Shown one piece after another: positions 58,012-64,000 of a stretch of 64,000 nt of DNA (the stretch's first letter is position 1; each line of letters starts with the position of its first letter). The translations under genes were made by a program, and so were the position numbers. A model generated the notes under the pieces. It was not told the origin of the DNA, did no database searches, and was given only the letters and a program-made list of their open reading frames with translations. Source of the stretch: Trichoplax adhaerens (Eukaryota > Animalia > Placozoa); contig NW_002060947.1 of NCBI RefSeq assembly GCF_000150275.1, forward strand, positions 8,147,899-8,211,898, written 5' to 3'.

Positions 58012-61000
58012 CTAGAGCAATGCTAGACTACACAAATCACCTGGTGATGATAGGCAACGGTCGTGGATGACTGTTTGATTATCTGTATATTGAGCTAAAA
58101 GCTGCTGAACGACATTGTCTATTTGTAACGGAGCAACTTCCTTCTCATTTCCTTGCAATAGATCGTAACATTGATTAATTTGTTTTTTATCCTCGATAAT
58201 TAGAAGATGACTCTCTCCGTACAGATTACGTAGAGAATTAATAGACTTTCGATAGAATGAGATTGCTTGACGATAATTAGACTGTTTACAATAGACTGCA
58301 GCTTGGTTTCGATAGAATCTGGCAGTTTGAGGATGATTCTCTCCTAGTGTTACTAAAGAAACTTGCAATGACTTTTTGAACATTGATAGAGCGTCATCAT
58401 ACTTGCCTTGACGATTATAGACTTTTCCGATATCGCTATATGTAATAGAAATACTTGGATGATTGTCGCCAAGCTGTACTAGTCTAATCTTAAGTGATTT
58501 GTTCAACATTGACAGAGCTTCATCAAACTTGCCTTGATCACTATAGACTTTTCCGATGTTGTTATATGTAATAGCGATACTTGGATGATTGTCACCAAGT
58601 CGTGTTAGTTTAATCTTGAGCGATTTGTAATAAACTGATAGAGCGTCATCGTACTTGTCTTGATTATTATAGACTTGCCCAATATTGTCATATGTGTTAG
58701 CAATACTTGGATGATTATCACCAAGTTTTGTTAGTGTAATCTTAAGCGATTTGTTATAGACTGATAGAGCGTCATCATACTTGCCTTGATTATTATAGAC
58801 TTGTCCAATATCGCAATATGTATTAGCAATATTTGGATGGTTGTCGCCAAGTCGTGTTAGTGTAATCTTAAGTGACTTATTATGTATTGATAGAGCGTCA
58901 TCATACTTACCTTGATGATTATAGACTTGTCCAATTTTGTTATATGTATTAGCAATACTTGGATGATTGTCGCCAAGTTGTTTTATTGTAATCTTGAGTG
59001 ATTTGTTAAACATTGATAGAGCTTCATCAAACTTTCCTTGATCACTATAGACTTGTCCAATATTGCTATATGATATAGCAATTCTTGGATGATTGTCGCC
59101 AAGTCGTGATAGTTTAATCTTGAGTGATTTGTTAAACACCGATAGAGCGTCATCATACTTGCCTCGTTTGTTATAGACATGCCCAATATTGTCATATGTA
59201 CTAGCAACACTTGGATGATTATCATTAACTTTTGTTAAGACGATCTTAAGCGATTTGTTAAACACTGATAGAGCGTCATCATACTTGCCTTGATCATTAT
59301 AGACTTGTCCAATGTCTCTGTATATAGCAGCAATTTTTGGATGATTATCGCCAAGTCGTGTTAGTGTAAACTTCAGCGATTTGTTAAATATTGATAGAGC
59401 GTCATCATATTTGGCTTGATGATTATAGACTCTTGCAATATTGTTATGTAAATTAACAATATTTGGATGATTGTTTGCAAGCCGTGTTAGATTAACCTTA
59501 AGTGATTTGTTTAACATTGATAGAGCTTCATCGTATTTGCCTTGACAATGATAGACTTGTCCAATTTTTTCATATGTTAAAGAATTAACTAGATAAGTTT
59601 TACCAACTTGTGATAGTTTAATCTTGAGTGATTTGTAAAGTGCTGACAGAGCGTCATCATACTTGCCTTGTTTAACATAGACATTCCCAAGTTCTCTATA
59701 CGTCTTAGCAATGGTTGGATGATTATCACCAAGTTTTGCTAAGTCAATCTTAATAGATTTGCTAAACATTGATATAGCGTCATCATACTTGCCTTGATCA
59801 GTATGGACTTTCCCAATATGTCTATATATAAGAGCAATTCTTGGATGATTACAATTATCACCAAATTTTGTTAGTACAATTTTGAGTGATTTGTTACATA
59901 TTGACAGAGCGTCGTCATACTTGCCTTGACGAGTATAGGCCCTTGCAATGTTCTGATATGTATTAGTTATACCTAGATGATTGTCGCCATATCGTGTTAG
60001 ATGAATCTTGAGTGATTTGTTCAGCATTAATAGAGCGTTATCATAATTGCCTTGAAAAATATTTATTTGCCCAATATTGTTATATGCATCAGCAATATGT
60101 GGATGATTTTCACCAAGTTGTGCTAGTTCAATCTTAAGTGATTTTTTATACACTGATAAAGCATCATCCTGCTTGCTTAGGCTAACATAGACATTTCCAA
60201 TACCATTGTATGTTATTGCAGTGCTTGGATGATTGTCGCCAAGCTGTGTTAGTTGAATCTTGAGTGATTTGTTATGTACTGATAGAGCGTTATCATATTT
60301 GCCTTGACTTTTATAAACTCTTGCAATGTTGTTATATGTATCAGTAATACTTGGATGATTGTCGCCAAGCTGTACTAGTCTAATCTTAAGTGATTTGTTC
60401 AACATTGGTAGAGCTTCATCATACTTGCCTTGATCACTATAGACTTTTCCGATGTTGTTATATGTTATAGCGATACTTGGATGATTGTCGCCAAGTCGTG
60501 TTAGTTTAATCTTGAGTGATTTGTAATATACAGATAGAGCGTCATCATACTTGTCTTGATTATTATAGACTTGCCCAATATTGTCATATGTGTTAGCAAT
60601 ACTTGGATGATTATCACCAAGTTTTGTTAGTGTAATCTTAAGCGATTTGTTATAGACTGATAGAGCGTCATCATACTTGCCTTGATTATTATAGACTTGT
60701 CCAATATCGCGATATGTATTAGCAATATTTGGATGATTGCCACTAAGTCGTGTTAGTGTAATCTTAAGTGATTTGTTATGTATTGATAGAGCGTCATCAT
60801 ACTTGCCTTGATTATTATAGACTTGTCCAATGTTGTTATATGTATTAGCGATACTTGGATGATTATTGCTAAGTTTTGTTATTGTAATCTTGAGTGATTT
60901 GTTTAACATTGATAGAGCTTTATTATACTTGCCTTGATCATTATAGACTTGTCCAATATTGCTATATGTTATAGCGATACTTGGATGATTTTCATCAAGT

Positions 61001-62910
61001 TGTGTTAGTTGAGTCTTGAGTGATTTATTAAACATGGATAGAGCGTCATCATACTTGCCTTGATGACAATAAACTTGCCCAATTTTGTCATATATGTTAG
61101 AAATACTTGGATGATTATCGCCAAGTTTTATTAAGTCAATCTGAAGCGATTTATTATACACCGATAGAGCGTCATCGTACTTGCCTTGATCATCATAAAG
61201 CTGTCCAACATGTCTATATGCGTTAGTAATTCTTGGATGGTAATCATATAGTTGTTTTAGTGTAATGTTGAGTGATTTGTTACATACTGATAGAACATCA
61301 TCAAACTTGCCTTGACGATTATAGGCTAGTGTAATGTTGTTAGTAGTGTTGGCAATACTTGGATGATTGCCATCAAGTTTCGTTAGTTGAATCTTAAGTG
61401 ATGTGTTCAACATTGATAGAGCGTTATTATGATTGCCTTGATGATTATAGACTTGCTCAATATTGTTATATGTATTAGCAGTACTTAGACGATTTTCACC
61501 TAGTTGTACTAGTTCAATCTTAAGTGATTCTTTAGATATTGATAGACCGTCATCGTGCTTGCCTTGATTATTATAGACCTCTCCAATGTCTGTATATTTT
61601 ACAGCAGTACTTGGATGATTGTCGCCAAGTTGTGTTAGTTGAATCTTGAGTGATTTGTTATATGTTGATAGAGCGTCATCATGCTTGCCTTGACGGTTAT
61701 AAGCTCTTGCAATGTTGTTATATGTATTAGTGATATTTGGATGATTGCCGCCAAGTTGTGTTAGCTTAATCTTAAGAGATTTGTTCAACATTGACAGAGC
61801 TTCATCATACTTGCCTTGATCACTATAGACTTTTCCGATGTTGTTATATGTTATAGCGATACTTGGATGATTGTCGCCAAGTCGTGTTAGTTTAATCTTG
61901 AGAGATTTGTAATATACTGATAGAGCGTCATCATACTTGTCTTGATTATTATAGACTTGCCCAATGTTGTCATATGTGTTAGCAATACTTGGATGATTAT
62001 CACCAAGTTTTGTTAGTGTAATCTTAAGCGATTTGTTATAAACTGATAGAGCGTCATCATACTTGCCTTGATTATTATAGACTTGTCCAATATCGCGATA
62101 TGTATTAGCAATAATTAGATGATTGCCACTAAGTCGTGTTAGTGTAATCTTAAGTGACTTGTTATATATTGATAGAGCGTCATCATACTTGCCTTGACGA
62201 TTATAGACTTGTCCAATTTTATTATACGTATTAGCGATACTTGGATGATTATTGCTAAGTTTTGTTAGTGTAATCTTGAGTGATTTGTTAAACATTGACA
62301 GAGCTTCATCATACTTGTCTAGATGCTTGTAGACTTGTCCAATATTGCTATATGTTATAGCAATACTTGGATGATTTTCATCAAGTCGTGTTAGTTGAGT
62401 CTTGAGTGATTTGTTAAACACCGATAGAGCGTCATCATACTTGCCTTGATCATCATAAACGTTTCCAATTTTATGATATAAGTCACTGATACAGATTTCT
62501 TCGCTTCTTAACCATTTTAACTTCATTTTGAGTGATTTGTAAAAATCATTTAAGGCTCCACTCAAATCACCTTGCAATCGTTTAATAGATCCCCGCCTAT
62601 CTAAACAGTTTGAAGCTTTGACTTTATCTTGTAGTATCTTGGCAACTTTCTCTGCGTTGTCATTACATTTAGCCGCTTCTACTAATTCGTATTGATTTAT
62701 GTAACAATCAGTCATATCGATATAAATATCGTGTTCAAGTTGATGATATTTATTGTTACTAGTTTTAGACATCGATTGGATTGTAGTAAGAGCTTTCTTG
62801 TAATAGAATAGCGCTTGTGCATCATTTTCACTTTGCTGAAATTTTACACCTTGTTCGTAGGTAGATTGAATTTCGTTGGGAATAATCAATTCAGTAGACT
62901 CCTTTGCCAT
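58012..62910 (-). CDS. Giant tetratricopeptide-repeat protein (about 34 tandem 42-aa KLC/NPHP3-type TPR units plus degenerate N-terminal TPRs); may splice to extra 3' exons
   Basis: Uninterrupted 1632-aa ORF built of the unit GDNHPSIAxTYxxIGxVYxxQGKYDDALSxxNKSLKIxLTxL, which matches the TPR consensus (A1, Y4, G8, Y11, G15, Y17, A20). No catalytic, NB-ARC or transmembrane domain is visible. Confidence 0.92.
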   Translation of the reverse strand: MAKESTELIIPNEIQSTYEQGVKFQQSENDAQALFYYKKALTTIQSMSKTSNNKYHQLEHDIYIDMTDCYINQYELVEAAKCNDNAEKVAKILQDKVKASNCLDRRGSIKRLQGDLSGALNDFYKSLKMKLKWLRSEEICISDLYHKIGNVYDDQGKYDDALSVFNKSLKTQLTRLDENHPSIAITYSNIGQVYKHLDKYDEALSMFNKSLKITLTKLSNNHPSIANTYNKIGQVYNRQGKYDDALSIYNKSLKITLTRLSGNHLIIANTYRDIGQVYNNQGKYDDALSVYNKSLKITLTKLGDNHPSIANTYDNIGQVYNNQDKYDDALSVYYKSLKIKLTRLGDNHPSIAITYNNIGKVYSDQGKYDEALSMLNKSLKIKLTQLGGNHPNITNTYNNIARAYNRQGKHDDALSTYNKSLKIQLTQLGDNHPSTAVKYTDIGEVYNNQGKHDDGLSISKESLKIELVQLGENRLSTANTYNNIEQVYNHQGNHNNALSMLNTSLKIQLTKLDGNHPSIANTTNNITLAYNRQGKFDDVLSVCNKSLNITLKQLYDYHPRITNAYRHVGQLYDDQGKYDDALSVYNKSLQIDLIKLGDNHPSISNIYDKIGQVYCHQGKYDDALSMFNKSLKTQLTQLDENHPSIAITYSNIGQVYNDQGKYNKALSMLNKSLKITITKLSNNHPSIANTYNNIGQVYNNQGKYDDALSIHNKSLKITLTRLSGNHPNIANTYRDIGQVYNNQGKYDDALSVYNKSLKITLTKLGDNHPSIANTYDNIGQVYNNQDKYDDALSVYYKSLKIKLTRLGDNHPSIAITYNNIGKVYSDQGKYDEALPMLNKSLKIRLVQLGDNHPSITDTYNNIARVYKSQGKYDNALSVHNKSLKIQLTQLGDNHPSTAITYNGIGNVYVSLSKQDDALSVYKKSLKIELAQLGENHPHIADAYNNIGQINIFQGNYDNALLMLNKSLKIHLTRYGDNHLGITNTYQNIARAYTRQGKYDDALSICNKSLKIVLTKFGDNCNHPRIALIYRHIGKVHTDQGKYDDAISMFSKSIKIDLAKLGDNHPTIAKTYRELGNVYVKQGKYDDALSALYKSLKIKLSQVGKTYLVNSLTYEKIGQVYHCQGKYDEALSMLNKSLKVNLTRLANNHPNIVNLHNNIARVYNHQAKYDDALSIFNKSLKFTLTRLGDNHPKIAAIYRDIGQVYNDQGKYDDALSVFNKSLKIVLTKVNDNHPSVASTYDNIGHVYNKRGKYDDALSVFNKSLKIKLSRLGDNHPRIAISYSNIGQVYSDQGKFDEALSMFNKSLKITIKQLGDNHPSIANTYNKIGQVYNHQGKYDDALSIHNKSLKITLTRLGDNHPNIANTYCDIGQVYNNQGKYDDALSVYNKSLKITLTKLGDNHPSIANTYDNIGQVYNNQDKYDDALSVYYKSLKIKLTRLGDNHPSIAITYNNIGKVYSDQGKFDEALSMLNKSLKIRLVQLGDNHPSISITYSDIGKVYNRQGKYDDALSMFKKSLQVSLVTLGENHPQTARFYRNQAAVYCKQSNYRQAISFYRKSINSLRNLYGESHLLIIEDKKQINQCYDLLQGNEKEVAPLQIDNVVQQLLAQYTDNQTVIHDRCLSSPGDLCSLALL

Positions 62911-64000
62911 GTTTCAATATACAACAAAAGTGAAAGCATGTGTTTGAGAAAATAGACACTAATACGATATTCGTTAGAGATTACAACTTTAAATAGCTCT
63001 ACGTATGATCGATACTTGTACGATCGTATTGTTTAAAGTTAATATACATTGTCTGTATACCTTTGATGGAGGGTTGGATGAGTCAGCGATAGAGGGTTTA
63101 GTTGCCATACAGAGAAATACACAAGTGTTTTAGTAGAAAAAAGATACTGAATTTTAGACTACGATTGTGTACAATGTGGTAGTTACGGTAGAGCAGCGTA
63201 TAAGTTATCGTAAAATAATATGAGAAAACATTAACATTGTAACTACTGCAATTAATGATTTCTGAGGTACAAATCGTTAGTATTTATAGCTTTAGGGCTA
63301 GAACACATGCAGAGAACAAGACTGTAAATTGGATACCATACAATATATATACATAAATAGTTCATGTAATAGCGAAAACTGTAAGTACTAAACACAATAA
63401 TCTATATTTGACTATTTGACTATACTGCAAAAAAGATTGTAAACATTTCTATATTTAAGAACAATATTAACTACCTATATTTAGGAATACTGTATGTTAG
63501 AGTTACAGTACAATCTAAATATACTACAATACCATACTGTATATTAACATGATGTAATTTACCGCAATATGATGTAGACAACAGCGATATTAGGAACTAT
63601 AAAAGTAGCAATAAAGCATGACGATAAAATGATTATCTATTCTCTAAATTGTGTAATTCTAAACTAATTAGTAGTTGTTAGCATACAACATTCACCGTAC
63701 ATAATAATTATAATAAGAGAATAAAGAATAATAACATTATTAGAGCGATATTCGTAGAGATAATGCATTTATCATATCATTGAAGAATTACTAAGAATAA
63801 TTAATGTTATTGGAGAAATATTTTATCGCCTTTATCGTACGGTAATTATTATAGTGGAAAATTCGCCTATTATATTATAAGAGCGAGAACAACGAAATAG
63901 AGTCTTGCCTCGAAAGTAAACTATAAATAAGTAAAAAGCATGCAAACTTACAAGGTTACTGAGCGCAGGTTATTAATGACAGTTTACCATTTTAATTATA

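Larger units (their letters stand above)
53095..64000. repeat. Segmental duplication, copy B (runs off the window end)
   Basis: Collinear with 40670-50180. It begins just after a 10-bp tandem repeat, GTA(A/G)TATGGA x3, at ~53058-53091. Confidence 0.95.

Overview
AT-rich, intron-containing eukaryotic DNA with short GT-AG introns and animal-type genes. The overall style, including the expanded 42-aa TPR genes, fits an early-branching metazoan such as the placozoan Trichoplax; this is inference. The first 20 kb is gene-poor and holds one two-exon atypical Ras-family GTPase (Ras-dva/Rhes/Di-Ras-like). A compact housekeeping block follows at 20.6-39.5 kb: MRPL19 and RPUSD1 head-to-head, CDC5L and PAXBP1/GCFC2 head-to-head across a ~175-bp tandem plus inverted (foldback) repeat array, then a mitochondrial-clan cytochrome P450. 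The last 24 kb is an accessory, segmentally duplicated region (copy A ~40.7-50.2 kb, copy B ~53.1-64 kb). Each copy carries a giant single-exon 42-aa TPR array: B is intact with about 34 units, A is frameshifted with about 31. The units are near-identical except at the predicted ligand-contact positions, and whole blocks have been deleted or duplicated between the paralogs. Comparing the two copies exposes three LTR-retrotransposon insertions with 5-bp TSDs: two solo LTRs and one internally deleted element with a tRNA-Leu PBS. Between the copies lie an orphan P450 exon-1 pseudogene and a possible Polinton/adintovirus-like relic. There are two 50-N assembly gaps.
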